A program made the translations under genes and the position numbers. From the NCBI GenBank assembly GCA_951406725.2, contig OX597814.1:25172001-25236000 (forward strand): a DNA stretch of 64,000 bases, written 5' to 3'. This DNA comes from Octopus vulgaris (lineage: Eukaryota). Below, piece by piece: positions 38,375 to 51,849 of the stretch (its first letter is position 1; the number at the start of each line of letters is the position of its first letter). The notes below the pieces were generated by a model. It saw only the letters and a list, made by a program, of their open reading frames with translations, did no database searches and was not told the origin of the DNA.

Positions 38375-39245
38375 TTTTATTACTAAATTTTTGGTGAAAA
38401 ATCTATCTGCAACTAACATTCTTTGACTGCTTGTTTCCTTCAAAAGAATTTTCAAGTTTTTCTTCCTTCTTGTCTGACTTAAGGCCGCATAAAGCTGGCC
38501 GTAACTAAATAGAGGAGCTGGTAAGTAAATACCAAATACACAAAGTTGAAACGCTGTTTGATTTTTCTTTTCAGTGTTGAATGCTCACCATCCACTTCCA
38601 TTGCACACACACACACACACACACAAACATCACATACCTCCCTTTTACATACATACACATAAACTCACACAGAGCTGAAACGCTGTTTGATTTATCATTA
38701 TCCCCATACAGTTTCCATTATCCCACTATGAAGTTTGCCATCACTCCTTCCTTCTTTATTCATCTATCACTCCTTCTTTTCTCATTCATACTTCGTGATG
38801 GAAAACACAAGAGTACTATTCTTTTACTACCAAACTTGTGAAAAATCTATCAGCAACTAACATCCTTTGACTGCTTGTTTCTTTCAAAAGAATTTTCAAG
38901 TTTTCCTTCCTTCTCGTCCAACTTAAGGCCACATAAAGCTGGCCATGACTACAAACAAGAGCTGTTAAGTAAATACCAGATACACAAAGTTGAAATGCTG
39001 TTTGATTTTTTTTCAGCATTGAATATTAACCATCCCACTTCCTTTGTGTGCACATGTGCAAACACACACACATTCACATACCCCACATACACACACATAT
39101 ATTCACACAGAGTTGAAACACTGTTTGATTTATTTTTTTCAGCATACAATTTTCATCATCCTACACCCAAGTAAGACATAACCCCTTCCTTCCTTATTCA
39201 TCTATCACCCCTTCTTTTCTCATTCATAAACACAAGAGTATTATT
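38375..39245. repeat. Tandem duplication of a ~440-bp unit
   Basis: gtgaaaaatctatc.gcaactaacat.ctttgactgcttgttt... at 38394 and 38838; units end in cacaagagta. Confidence 0.85.
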
Positions 39246-39574
39246 ATTGTAGATTATCTTGGTAGCCATCAGAGCTATGAAAAAAATACAAAGCCCAGCA
39301 ACACCACCAGATCATTCTACACATCCATGTAATTTTTCACACAATTCCGCCCAGCTGTTTGACCGTGAATCCCAAGACACAAGAAAGAATCGCCCCTGTC
39401 AAATCTATATGTATAGATGCACACCCTCACACACATATGTAACTATATATATACGTGTCTATCTATCATTGTCACCATGTCATCATTATCTCCATGTTAT
39501 TATTGTTGCTCTTCATATTGTTGCAGAATTCATGTAGTATTTCTGAAACCTTCACTTCATATTTATACATGAAA

Positions 39575-39954
39575 TCTTTATATATAAAAGTCAAGTTGTG
39601 TGTCTGTCTCCTACGATTTAGATTCCTAACTACTCCTACATTTTGCGGTGCAGTGTAACCAAAAGCGGGTATCTTATAGTCGTGATTCATATCGAGCCCT
39701 TCTGGGTATTAGCCCGTGTCTATGATGAGTCTACGATTTTAAAAATAATTTACCATCATTTTTTTCCATTTTAATGCATGTTTTTCGCTAAGGGAAGTAA
39801 CTCTCTAAAAATGTCTACGATGAGTCAACGATTTAAAAAAAATTTACCATCATTTTTTTCCCATTTTTTTGTTATTTTTTGGTTATAACTCTCTAAAAAT
39901 GCTTATATAGTTATTTCCCTTACAAACCCGAGCAACGCCGAGCGATACTGCTAG
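39575..39954 (+). mobile_element. Complete non-autonomous Helitron
   Basis: A|TCtttatatataaaa ... cccgagcaacgccgagcgatactgCTAG|T; internal direct duplication. Confidence 0.8.
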
Positions 39955-40606
39955 TTTCATATAAAATTGCATTGCTATATTGTTGTGCTTTGCATGATGA
40001 TGGATTGGCAAAAATAGATAAGACAACAAATAGTATATCTTATGTTTGATCCAGTTTTTTTTTTATATTCAGACTTCAATTCTTCTCGAAATCAATTTCG
40101 CCCTTCATCCTTTTCTGGTCTGTTAAATAAAGTAGTAACCAAAAAGACTTTTCTTTTTATCATGTTTTTATCAGTTTCATGCATTTCTACAGCATACTAT
40201 GTGCCCATCCATGTTTATGACAAGCATACAGCATTGTCTTTGTTAGTGGGGATGGCTGTGGAATTATGCTTATATACAATGTGTTTTACTTTGTGGTAAT
40301 GCTTGTTTTGTTGTATCTTATATCACATTAATGTTTAATCCATTTACCACAATATGTGGTACATGGATTGCATTATTTTTCTGGGTAGTGTTTTGTATTT
40401 CGTATGTGTTATATGAGCCAAAAAATGGAAAAAGTAACTGGAAAGAGTAATCTTTTATAAATGATATAAAGGAAATATATATCGACTTACCTTGTTGCAA
40501 GTCTTCCTCTAAAGAATGTTCTGTTTGAAGAATTCTATCTCTTATCAGGCAACATAAAATGTGGCCAGCAGTCATGGGAGTTCAATATAAAACTAGCACC
40601 GATATA

Positions 40607-40997
40607 AGTGGAGGCGCAATGGCCCAGTGGTTAGGGCAGCGGACTCGCGGTCATAGGATCGCGGTTTCGATTCCCAGACCGGGCGTTGTGAGTGTTTATT
40701 GAGCGAAAACACCTAAAAGCTCCACGAGGCTCTGGCAGGGGATGGTGGTGATCCCTGCTGTACTCTTTCACCACAACTTTCTCTCACTCTTACTTCCTGT
40801 TTCTGTTGTACCTGTATTTCAAAGGGCTGGCCTTGTCACTCTCTGTGTCACGCTGAATATCCCCGAGAACTACGTTAAGGGTACACGTGTCTGTGGAGTG
40901 CTCAGCCACTTACACGTTAATTTCATGAGCAGGCTGTTCTGTTGATTCGGATCAACCGGAACCCTCATCGTCGTAACCGACGGAGTGCTTCCATTCC
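40607..40997 (+). mobile_element. tRNA-derived SINE family C, full length, young
   Basis: A-box tggcccagtggt, B-box gtttcgattcc; 12-bp TSD agcaccgatata at 40595-40606 and 40998-41009. Confidence 0.92.
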
Positions 40998-41939
40998 AGC
41001 ACCGATATATCTGCTGAAAGAAACTATCCTACAAAAACTATCTTAAAGAACTCAATATGGAATTAACTTCCTAGAAGCATATGCATTCTCATCACAGGGT
41101 ATATATATATATATATATATACACTCAGACATACATACATATATATACATACAGACTCACTTATACACACACAACCATATGCAAAAAATCAGTATCATTT
41201 TATATTCCATAGATGAGTGAATGTGTCAGTGAAATTTAGTTTTGTAGATGGAAGTTAAAAAAGTGTTTAGTGTGGGGTTTTGAGGTGTGGGGTTTTGAGG
41301 TGTGGAGATGATAGGTGGAGGAGAAACAGGTTCATTTTATATAGTACATTGAGATGTGTTATACATTCTGATAAGCCTTATGGAACCCATGCTTTTGATG
41401 ATGTACATAGCCAAAATTAAAAACAAAGTGAGCTAAACATGCAGTATACTTCAAGTATCTGGACAATTTATTCATCATAATGGATACAGTGCAAGAAAGC
41501 AACAAAATAAACAAAGAGCTAAAAAAAACAGTTCCATGTTAAAATTCAACAGCTAGAACAATACTAATAAAATTCGTAGCTGTACAATAACATCTTTTTT
41601 ATAAATGTTTATAAATAAATGTTCGGCAAATAAAATTACCTGTTTACACCAAGTACACAAGTATATGCTTACATAAATAAAAACAGGATTGGAGATAGCA
41701 AATGTCAACACTGATAAAAATGTCAGTAGTAATATTTCTAGATTCTTCTCCACAAAGTACTAGATAAAAAAAAAATCTACAGAATAAAACAAATAGAATT
41801 TAATAAGTTCTGTTCTAACAAATTGATATATCAAGCAATAAATTAATACAGCAAGAAATACAACTCTGCCGATATATAATTACCACATATATTAAAATAC
41901 ACAAGCCATACTCAATGTGAAATAATCATCATAATCAAT

Positions 41940-42135
41940 AACATCATTATCATTTATTTTCCTTCTTGCATGGTTTGGGTGAATTTTGTTGTGACAGATT
42001 TTCTATGACCCAACGCCCTTCCTACTTTCAATCCTCACCTGTTTCTGAGGAATGTAATATTTTCCTATGGTCAGATGTTTTCATAGAAGACTGGAAGCAA
42101 AGCACACAGCTTACATGGCAATGACACTTGTCAAA
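41940..42135 (-). mobile_element. Retroposon family E fragment
   Basis: cagattttctatgacccaacgcccttcc...cctcacctgtttc is the reverse complement of 9400-9470. Confidence 0.55.
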
Positions 42136-42171
42136 GCAAGGAGACAATTACATACGTGTTCATGTACATAT

Positions 42172-42590
42172 ACACATGGCTGTTTTGTAGGAAGTTTACT
42201 TTCCAACCTTATGGTTCCAGGTTCAGTCCCACTGAGCGGCACCCTGGGCAAGTGTCTTTTACTGTGTACCCTTAGGCCAACTAAAGGCTTGTGAATGGAT
42301 TTGGTAGATGGAAACTGAAAGAAGCCTGTTGCATATGTGTGTGTGTGTGTATGTGTTCATGTGTGTGTCTGTCTGGCTTTGTGCTTGTGTTTGTCCCCCT
42401 CCCCCACCAACTGACAATCGGTGTTGGTGTGTTTACATCCATGTAACTTAGAGATTCAGCAAAATAGACCGATAGAATTAAGTACCAAGCTTAAAAGGAA
42501 AATTAATACTGGGGTCAATTAGTTCGACTAAAATTCCTTATGGTGGTGCCCTAGCATAGCAACAGTCTAATGAATGAAACAAGTAAAATA
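42172..42590 (+). mobile_element. SINE family A
   Basis: Head, (TG)n and tail align to other family A copies; followed by a minus-strand head fragment at 42600-42755. Confidence 0.85.
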
Positions 42591-45500
42591 TATTTACATG
42601 ATGAGCTTCTTTCTGCTAAATCCACCCACAAACAAGTCATTGGTTGACCCAGAGCTACATAGAAGACACTTGTTCAATGTGCTATGCAGTAGGAGTGAAT
42701 GTGAAACCATGTGATCAGGATGCAAACTTCTTGTCACACAATTATGCCAGCACCTAATATATTAATTGAATGCATACCAACTATAGAATAAGTTCATACA
42801 TTACAAAAAATCTTCATTAAACAGAACAGAAAATACATTATATTAAAGAAAAATTAATACAAATAATATACTGCTTAAAAACTAGAATTAAAAACCTTAT
42901 CAACAACAAACTCCAAGCATGTAAAATCATGAACAAGGTACTAATGACCAACATAATTTATAGAATCTATCACAAATGTTAAAGTTATTAGTTTAATGAT
43001 TCTAACTGTTACGTTAGTTATACACTCTCTTATTAGCTCATTATGCACATTCAACAAGGAGTAACACAAATGAATACAAGTCAGGGGAACATTAGTAGAA
43101 AACACATTTATATTCTACCTACAGAATTATTTCCCACATAATAAGATGATTAATAATGGAAGAAATATCCATAATTCAACAAAATACTAAAATAAATACA
43201 TACAACATTGTCACAAAGATAAATACTTGACAGATGACATAAGTGTACTGGTCAAAATCAAATTCTAGTAGTAACAACTCTACTGGTCATATTGAATTTT
43301 TTCCTACTATTAAGAAGTAGCAACACATGCCAGCATTTCTCCATCCTAAAGATGAAACAATAAAGATCTACAAAAGTTAAAAGTCAACATACACTAGTCA
43401 CAAACAAAAATAAGTACTTGATTAGTCAGGTATTTATGGTCAAAACTCAAATACCAGCAACAGTGTTCTTTACTACGAAGGTCTAATATAATCATTCTCA
43501 AATCTATATTTGCACTCGTATATGCAAACTTCTGTAATATTTTCAATGCAATAACCACAAAAGTTTTGATTTAAAAAAGAAATGTGTCCACATTTGCTGA
43601 AGTAAATTTTTTTATATCCAAATTTAAATAAAATAAAATTGTTTATTCATAACCAAACTTTGATAATCAATGTTTCTGGCAGGATAATATTATAGTTATT
43701 TAAATAATCTTAATTATAGTGCCAGCAAGGACTTTTTAAGAATAACATGAGTTCTAATTTTTACCATTCTTCCTGAACTGCTACAAATAGAGATTGAATA
43801 TAGTTTTGGTTTCAGAAATAGTTGGCATAAATTTTTTCCATATGTTTCAGCTTTGGAGACTCTCCAAGTCATAACAAATCTCCATTTCTCGATTTTAGAG
43901 ATACCCATCGCCTAATTTGAAAGAGTGAGAGTGAGCTTCATGTTACTACATGTCCTGTTTGGTAAAGTATTGTTGTTGTGTACAAGGCGTATAATGTGGC
44001 TTAATAAAACAGTCTCAGTGTAATCCTTCTAGAGTTGATAAAAGAAGCACACATTGGAGTATTATTGGGTTTAGAAAATCAAGTAAACCTCCTCTCAAAA
44101 GCATGTAGCAGTTTTGTGCCCATGTTAGAAATCAGTTTAGCACAGTGGCACTTTCATTGTACACAACAATATACTTAACATTTTGTCAGATGATACTATT
44201 TTACAGATACCTTCAAATGGTATCATTATTAACAATATTTCATAAAATCAGGATTGTGGATTGGTAGAATATGTAAAGCAGCAGATACAATAACTTGCAG
44301 TATTTAGTCAATGACTTTAAATTCCTAGTTCAAATTCTTTCATGGTCAACTTTGTCTTAGTCCTGTCAGTGTCAATGATATTTGCTTTGATTTGATTAAT
44401 TGTATCTTCCTCTCTCAAAATTCAATATTTCTTAAAATATTCATTTGGTTTTCTCTTGGTGTCAGAAAGGAAGATATCTTGATTCTTCAGTGAAATTAGT
44501 TTAGAAATTAAGTTTCTTTTTTCCTTTTTTTTGTCTGCAGTTTAAAAACTGCATTTGTCAATTACACATTTTTGATTGATATTATACCTTTCAAACAAAA
44601 TTTCTATGATAAATTCTATCTTCTTGGGCAATCATTTGTAATAGTGGAATTGAATATATTTATACAAGTGGTCTTTGTCAAAAACATTAAGAATAACAGG
44701 TAAGTTGCTTTCCATCTGTAAGGGCCAGATCTTTTCCAACTTTCTTTTACCTTTTGAATTCAGAAAATTTTCCTTCTTTGTGAATGATCATTGCATAACA
44801 TATATACACACTCTAATTTGGTTATCCTTCTTTGTGTTCATGGCATCCCTGAATAATTTATTTCAGAAATTTGTTTTCTCAATATACAATGTTTGGTAAG
44901 TGCAGTGAAATATTCACCACAACACAACAATACCACAATTATTTTTCACAAGTATAACTTAGTAGAATGTCACAGGTGGAGAGAAAATTGGCTACATCTT
45001 TACTGAGGAAGTTTAATAATACCAGAATATATCTAAATTTATTGCCTGCTATACTTTCCAGAATAATTAAGATAATATTAATCACAGGCTATTTGGTTTT
45101 TCTTTGCTGAACAGTTATTTATTATTGGCTTTAAAAATTTTCCTTGAACTATTTATGACTATTCTTTAAATATTTCATTAAACAATTCTATGTATAGTGG
45201 CTAAAATAATATTTATCATTCTTTCTTTTAGCTTCATTTTGAAAGTCCAGAAACACTGGTCTTCATCAGGAAAATCATTTTTTTAACATATCTCACCAAA
45301 GGAGGTTAACATTTGTTTACCTTCTATAATGGGATATATTAAGCTAAACCTACATAGACACCTTTTCTTACAAATCTAATTATATTAAATAAAAATTGAT
45401 AAATCTTATTAACAACACTGAATGAAAAGAAGTATATGAATTTTAAATCAAATTTAAGTGACAACAAAATTGAGGTCAAAGAACAAAATAAATAATAAAC

Positions 45501-45909
45501 AAGAGGTATAAAATAAAACACACTTTCTCAGATTAAAAATAAGTCCATGACTACCATAATTAACTTATAAGAAGCCCTGGTGACTAAAATCCCATGACCA
45601 TAGTAATTAAATTATAAGAAGAAGCCCTAATGTACCGGATATTTTTAAAGCCGAGAATTTTGCAGGTGTTCCTTTATTTTGATAAGATGCGTATGCATGT
45701 ATTTTTCAATATTATAGAGTATAATTGATGTTAATGTTTTATTCATTGAAATTTGTGATGTAATTCACCTTCATTGTAATTGTACAATGTAATGAAAGTA
45801 AATGGAATTGAATATAATGCATATGCTTGAGCATATATAAATGTATAAATGAATAAGTGCCTGTAATAATATACTATATTATATATATGTGTGTGTGTGT
45901 GTATATATG

Positions 45910-45961
<52 letters not shown>

Positions 45962-47484
45962 CATGTGTATGAACGCCTATATACACACCTACATTCATAC
46001 ATCTATATAAACACAGACAGACACACACATACATATACACATGAGTGTATGTTTGTGTGTGCATACATATATATGCATGCAATATGCATATCATTACCAC
46101 TTATACATATCATATTTATATATTGGTTTTTGTATATATATATATATATATATATTAGTTATTTTCATACATTTCTTTTTAATAAGTTTTCTGTCAGCCT
46201 ATCTGATCACATAATCTAATATGTACCTTGTTATCAGCTTATCTACATATATGAGTATTTTGCTATTAGATTTTTGTATACTTTTAAATAAGTATAACAA
46301 CAATTATTGAGTTAGGTGCCAGGTACAGGAGAATATATTATATCATTGTGCAGGGCTATCCTTGAAAAATGAATAAAATTAATATTTCAATATGAGAAAA
46401 AAAAAATTTGAATTATTATCAAAATATATTTTCTGGAAAATTCCATTGTTGGATAGAATTATATATTCATAAATTATTTTTCCCTGTTTACTCATAAACG
46501 TTAATATTAAGCATGAGCATTAATGGAGATATATTCAATAAATTTCAAATTTTACTTGTTTATTCATAATCTTTTTTACTTCATGAAGATTTATGAAATA
46601 GGCATGATCCCCTTAAAACTAGGAACTTTCAGTAAGTAGGAAGTCATGATATCCCTATCTCTCTCATCTGCATTGTTAACATAAGGGAAATTCTCATCAA
46701 ACTAATGAGAGTCTATCCTAAACAGTATGATTCATGTCTAACACTAAGCTAATGTTGATGATGTTTTTTTTTTATTTATTGCTGGTTATCCCTGCTCAAT
46801 TCTGCTTAACAAAACATATGCCACAAAGGTAGTAGAATGAATGAATGGTTAACAAATTATCCTTAGGTCCAGCACACCAGACATAAACTATCCAGCATGT
46901 CAGTTTATATTGATCCAACATTCTGTTCTAAAATTTAGAAGGTGGAATCGTTTTGTGATGTTATTGTTTTTCTTTAGACAAAAAATATAAAACAAAAATC
47001 TCTCTGAAAAACAGAGACTGTTCAAAAAGATTTGGTAGCAATATAGAAATAAAATTTAAGAGCTTTGGTGTGACTACATTCTCAACTTTCTTCAACTGAA
47101 TGTTTTTAGAGCATTGTATACGATGTAATATATAAATTGGCAAAGTTGTTCTTACTATTCCTGTATACTTACATTTTAGCATTAACTTTACATGGTTACT
47201 TGACTTGCTTAACATAGCAGACAAATATCTCTTAAACAACACTCAACCATCCTTTATTAAATGAGGAAGACATATTGACCAGTGCAGCCTCTATAGCATA
47301 TGTCTCAGAGGGTGGGATGACTACAGTTGGAGTATCTTTTCTTCATAAGTTTGCTCAGTCAGAAGCAAGCAAAATATATTTTTCTGGATTATTCCTCGTT
47401 AATGAGGAATTGAAGAAGAAATAAGGAAAAACTAATTTAATAATAAATGGAACTTTATTATCATTCTCATCATCATCATTATTA

Positions 47485-47695
47485 AGGCAGTGAGCAAGCA
47501 GAATCATTAGCATGCTAGATGAACTGCTTAGCGGTCTTTCACCTGTTGCTATGTTCTGAGTTCAAATTCCACCAAGGTCAACTTTGACTTTTTTCCTTTC
47601 AGGGTTGATTAATTAAGCACAAGTGAAACATTGGGGTCAATGTGATCGACTTACCACCTCCCCACAAATTTCAGGCCTTTTGCCTATAGTAGAAA
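47485..47695 (+). mobile_element. SINE family B, full length
   Basis: aggcagtgagc..gcagaatcattagc...gagttcaaattcc...ggtcaactttgac..cctttc...aaatttcaggcc. Confidence 0.8.
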
Positions 47696-47759
47696 GGAAA
47701 ATTACTATCATTATTATTAGTATTATTATTATTGAACTGTGACTGGTGGTGGGGATTGG

Positions 47760-48315
47760 TAGAATGCAGTTGCCATATTCCCTGCATGGCATAAGAAGCA
47801 ACTAAAAGGGACAGGAGTGAAGGAACTGAGAATCCACCCCTCCTAGTAATTTCATATTCCTAAAAAGACAGCAAGAAAAAGAGAAGTGGATGGGAGAAGG
47901 TTAACACCAAATCTCACCCAAGTACCAGGGTCATGGAATGTGCGTGGATGTAGTACAAGTGAGGTAAAGAGGAGAGAGATAGGGAGTGCGATGATGAGGA
48001 GAAGGATGGATGTGCTGGCACTGAGCGAGACTAAGATGAAGGGTAAGGGAGAGTACCAGTTTGGGGAGGTGACTGGATGAGTGTCGGGAATAGGAGGGGG
48101 AGGGCTTGTGAGGGAATGGCCTTGCTGGTGAGTGAGCATGTGAAGGAGAGTGTAGTGAAGTGGAGGGAAGTGTCTTCAAGTTAATGTGAGTTAAGATGAG
48201 GTGAAGAGGAGAGATGTGGGTGATTTTTAGTGCATTTGGTCCAGAGAGTGAAAGGAGTGAGGAGGAAGTAGAGGAGTTCTGGAGGGAACTGACAGAGTGT
48301 AGATAGGGTGGGGAA
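47760..48315 (+). pseudogene. RTE LINE 5' end: UTR plus APE endonuclease N-terminus
   Basis: GSWNVRG...MDVLALSETKMKGKGE..FG..G*VSG..GRACEGMALL..; UTR motif cataagaagcaactaaaaggg. Confidence 0.8.
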
Positions 48316-48329
48316 AAGTCATTATGTGG

Positions 48330-48660
48330 TGGTTTACCAACCACACACAACAGACTTATATCCCTAAAATTTCCACGCTCACATTTATCCCCTTTCCCCT
48401 TGTACAGTGGCACTATACAGGCACTGCACCAGTCCTTTTAGTACTCTTCCAGCAATATAACAAACATTCATAAACCTCACTAACCATTGAATCACTGTCA
48501 CTCCTCCTTTCTTTAAGCATTTCACGATACAGCCATCTATACCTGGTGCTTTCTGGTTTGTCATCTTCTGCAAGGATTCCCTCACCTCCTCCCTTCCACT
48601 TGCACCGTAGTTCCATTCCCCAACAACAAGCATTCTCCTCTCTCCTCCTACAGCCACTAT
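48330..48660 (-). pseudogene. RTE LINE reverse transcriptase N-terminal fragment, inverted relative to the APE fragment
   Basis: EEV..LQKM..KAPGIDG..LKKGG..WLVR..; VPLYKGKGDK.E.GNFRDISLLCVVGK. Confidence 0.85.
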
Positions 48661-48916
48661 ACTTGCTTCTTGGGAAATTTTTAAGTTTGACTTTTTTTTA
48701 AAAATTTATTATTTTTTTAAGTATCAGCATTACGGGTATTTATACTCCAGTTAAATTAAGAAATCAACTTATGAATATACGAAACCTTTGAAACCATCGC
48801 TCTACACACACTCACACACAGACACACAGTCACATATGTATGTATGTACCCACATGTGTCAACGTGCATAGGTACACCATGATCTATACATACACAGCCG
48901 AAGGTAGCATCAAATG

Positions 48917-48956
<40 letters not shown>

Positions 48957-48959
48957 GAA

Positions 48960-49201
48960 AATATTTTAGTGGGGAAACACAGGTGGTGGATATATATAGA
49001 GCCATGATAATAAAGATATTAGATATTATATAAATCTTTCAACTCAGTTTGATGAGCAATGCGAAACCAGTTCTTACTTCAATTATGTTGAAGGAACAGA
49101 ACCTTATTTTGTACAAAATTGTATATCTTTATTATCATAGCTCTAATATACTCTTAAATCCTGTAAAACAAATCTTCTGTGTTGTTTCAACTTTTCTCTT
49201 T

Positions 49202-49258
<57 letters not shown>

Positions 49259-50100
49259 GTACTGTTCCATGATGGTAAGCTCAAGAAAAAAGTACTCCAT
49301 CTGGTTAGAGATAAATAATACTTAATAGATATAATACGTTTTTATGTGCTAGTAATAGATTCTTGTGCTGAGGACATGCCAAAACGATGCATACACTGTG
49401 TGCCTATTAATTCTTTCACAAAATATCGGCACAGTGAAAACAATTTGATTCACCTGTCCGCCAGTTTTGAAGATAATCAAACCACATTTCCATCATTTTG
49501 GAGCATCCTGTTGATTATAAAACAAGATTTAATCTTAAAAAATGTTAAACTTAAATTATAGTTTTCACGGTAGAATAGACAATAATCTTGACATTTCAGC
49601 ACCAAATTTAGATAGCACTGGGTTTAGGATAGTTAATACAATTAATGTTCTATTTGAATTGCTTGTGAATTTGTGGATAGGCAAAAAGAGTTGTCCAGAT
49701 TCCAGTTTGTAAGAATTTGGCAGTGTTGGTATGAGTGGTTGATAACATTAATGAGTATAATTATTTCTTTCAGCCATAAGTATACATTCTGCGTTTTGGA
49801 CTCCATTATTTGCCTTACATCGTAAACATTAGTAATGGGAATGAAGGTGGGGTTGTGTTGAGCAACGTAAGTTAAAAGGAGTCGATATAGTTGTTGATGA
49901 AGCTAATTACTCTTTATAATGTTTTATAGCTTGTTTTGTGGCTTTTGCTGTATACAGTCTTTGTGGCTTATGCTGTCTATGGTTCATTGTCTTTACTTTC
50001 CCATTTAGTTAATTGATGCCCAGTTTATTTTTGCTTTGTATAATGATTTTATGTTAAGTATGTAAGTATTTTTTTTTTATCAGGTTGACAATTTCAGTTC
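48960..50100. mobile_element. Decayed PLE remnants with two degenerate hammerhead motifs
   Basis: TTGATGA-gc(aat)gc-GAAA-ccagttc at 49049-49073; gtg-CTGAGGA-catgcc-aAAA-cgatgcaTA-cac at 49364-49396; minus strand TTLFAYPQIHK (cf. FYGLPKIHK) near 49660-49700 and YVAQHNP near 49850. Confidence 0.45.
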
Positions 50101-51849
50101 TGTAATCTGAGTTGCTATTTTTTTATGTTGGAAGTATTTAGTTGATGGTTAATCCCAGGTCAACTTTGATTGGATATACACATGATCAAAGATTTTCTAG
50201 GCGAGATAAGTATTTATTTGTTGGTGATTTTATTTTAGATACTTGCATTTATAGCATATTGGTATGATCAGTTATCATTTAAATGTCATTTGTAATTTCT
50301 ATATATACAGTATTGACTCCACCATAGTTTTGGCTCGTATTTAAAGATTTGGAGCATTACTTCAGTATTAATGTGCAAAATTAATTTATTAGTTCCAACA
50401 ATGTTGAGATCTGTTAGCATTCTCTGCTAAAAGTATGTTCGAATTTTTTAGAGTTATGGTATGTGGTGTTTACTAATCAATGTTATTAGTACTTTATGGG
50501 ATGTACTTGGGTTTCAGTATGTATTCTATTATTATTATTGTTATTTTCACTGTTGTTGTTGTCGAAATTTTGGCTGTCATTATAGTTTGAGTTAGGGACC
50601 TTCAATATGAAAATAATGGTGGCAGTTATGGTTTTTGATTTTGCAATTTGTTGTTAATGGAGGTATGTTTGAATGTTGGTGCTTTTTATTTTATCTACAT
50701 AACAGAGTTTTAAAGTAACGTACTTTTGCTTTTCCAAAGTTTCCTTTGACTATTTTCTTCTCAGTTGTTGGCTCTGAAATATTTTTATGCATTTCATGTT
50801 GTTGATCTACTCACGCTTCTCTTGTAACTTCTCTTTTCTTTTTTTTTTATTGCATCTTTCTTCCAGATTAATATATATTCAGGATTGCATTGTTTAGTAC
50901 GTCTTCTTTTTAAGACTGTAAGGTGTTATTTGAGGCAGATTTAGCTGTTAATTTTAGTATGTTGCTTATTTGCTTTTTTTTTTTTTTTTGCTTAAAAAGA
51001 AAGTGCTTTTCTTGGATTTAACAGTCATGAAACAAAATGATAAAGCCTCATAAAAAGCAAAACATGTCTAGACCAGAGAAATACAATAATGTACTGTGAT
51101 TTAATCCAACTTTCAAAAGGAAATTCAGTTGCCTTAGGCTTATGATAGAGAATAACAATTAGAAAACACAGTATGCTAATAGTAAATAAGAAGCAGAAAA
51201 TATTTTTAAGGAATATTCTTTTATACCAACGTTAGCAGAGCAGACAAAATAATCATGCTATATATACTAAAATATATACTTAAAAACGAATTGTTGAAAG
51301 CTATTTAATATTAATCTAAATAAACTGGAAGCATTTTCTTTTGACAATATCAGAAATAGTTTTGTAATATTAGTACTTTTGACTGTTATAAAAATTTACA
51401 AATATAAAGTGTTAAACCTAGATGGTAGTGGTGATTTATTTTGATGCTAGCTTTAGTACAGCTGTAAAAGAAATGTTGCTATTGTTGTTGCTTATGTTTT
51501 TGATGATAGCTGATGATGATGATGATCTATTTATTTGGAACACTTGCAAGAAAGAAAAACAATAGTATAATAATGACTTGTCATAAGAAATTGTTATAAA
51601 CAATTGACACCTAACATTTCTTAAAAAATATGTTTATCGATTCAAGAAATTATTTCAACTTGTAGAATTATAATAGTAAATTAAGGAGAAAATAGAGTAA
51701 TCCCTTGCTGCAAGGGATTCATTAAGAATCATTGTGGGCTAAATTTCACTTTTTACTCAATTTTAACATGCAATATATCCTTGATATAATTGCTGTTGCT
51801 ATTATACATAAATTTGCTTGATTTTCATTCTCGTTCCTTTTAGTTTACA

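Noticed and set aside
38540-39130. CRISPR-like repeat-spacer array
   Set aside because: Eukaryotic context, irregular spacing, duplicated spacers and no cas genes.
40612-40690. tRNA gene
   Set aside because: tRNA-like SINE head continuing into a SINE body with a TSD; no clean cloverleaf or terminator.
43851-43961. Plus-strand exon-like block (tttcag|...|gtaaag), and similar at 1685-1824
   Set aside because: Stops in all three frames; such splice-like motifs are expected by chance in AT-rich DNA.
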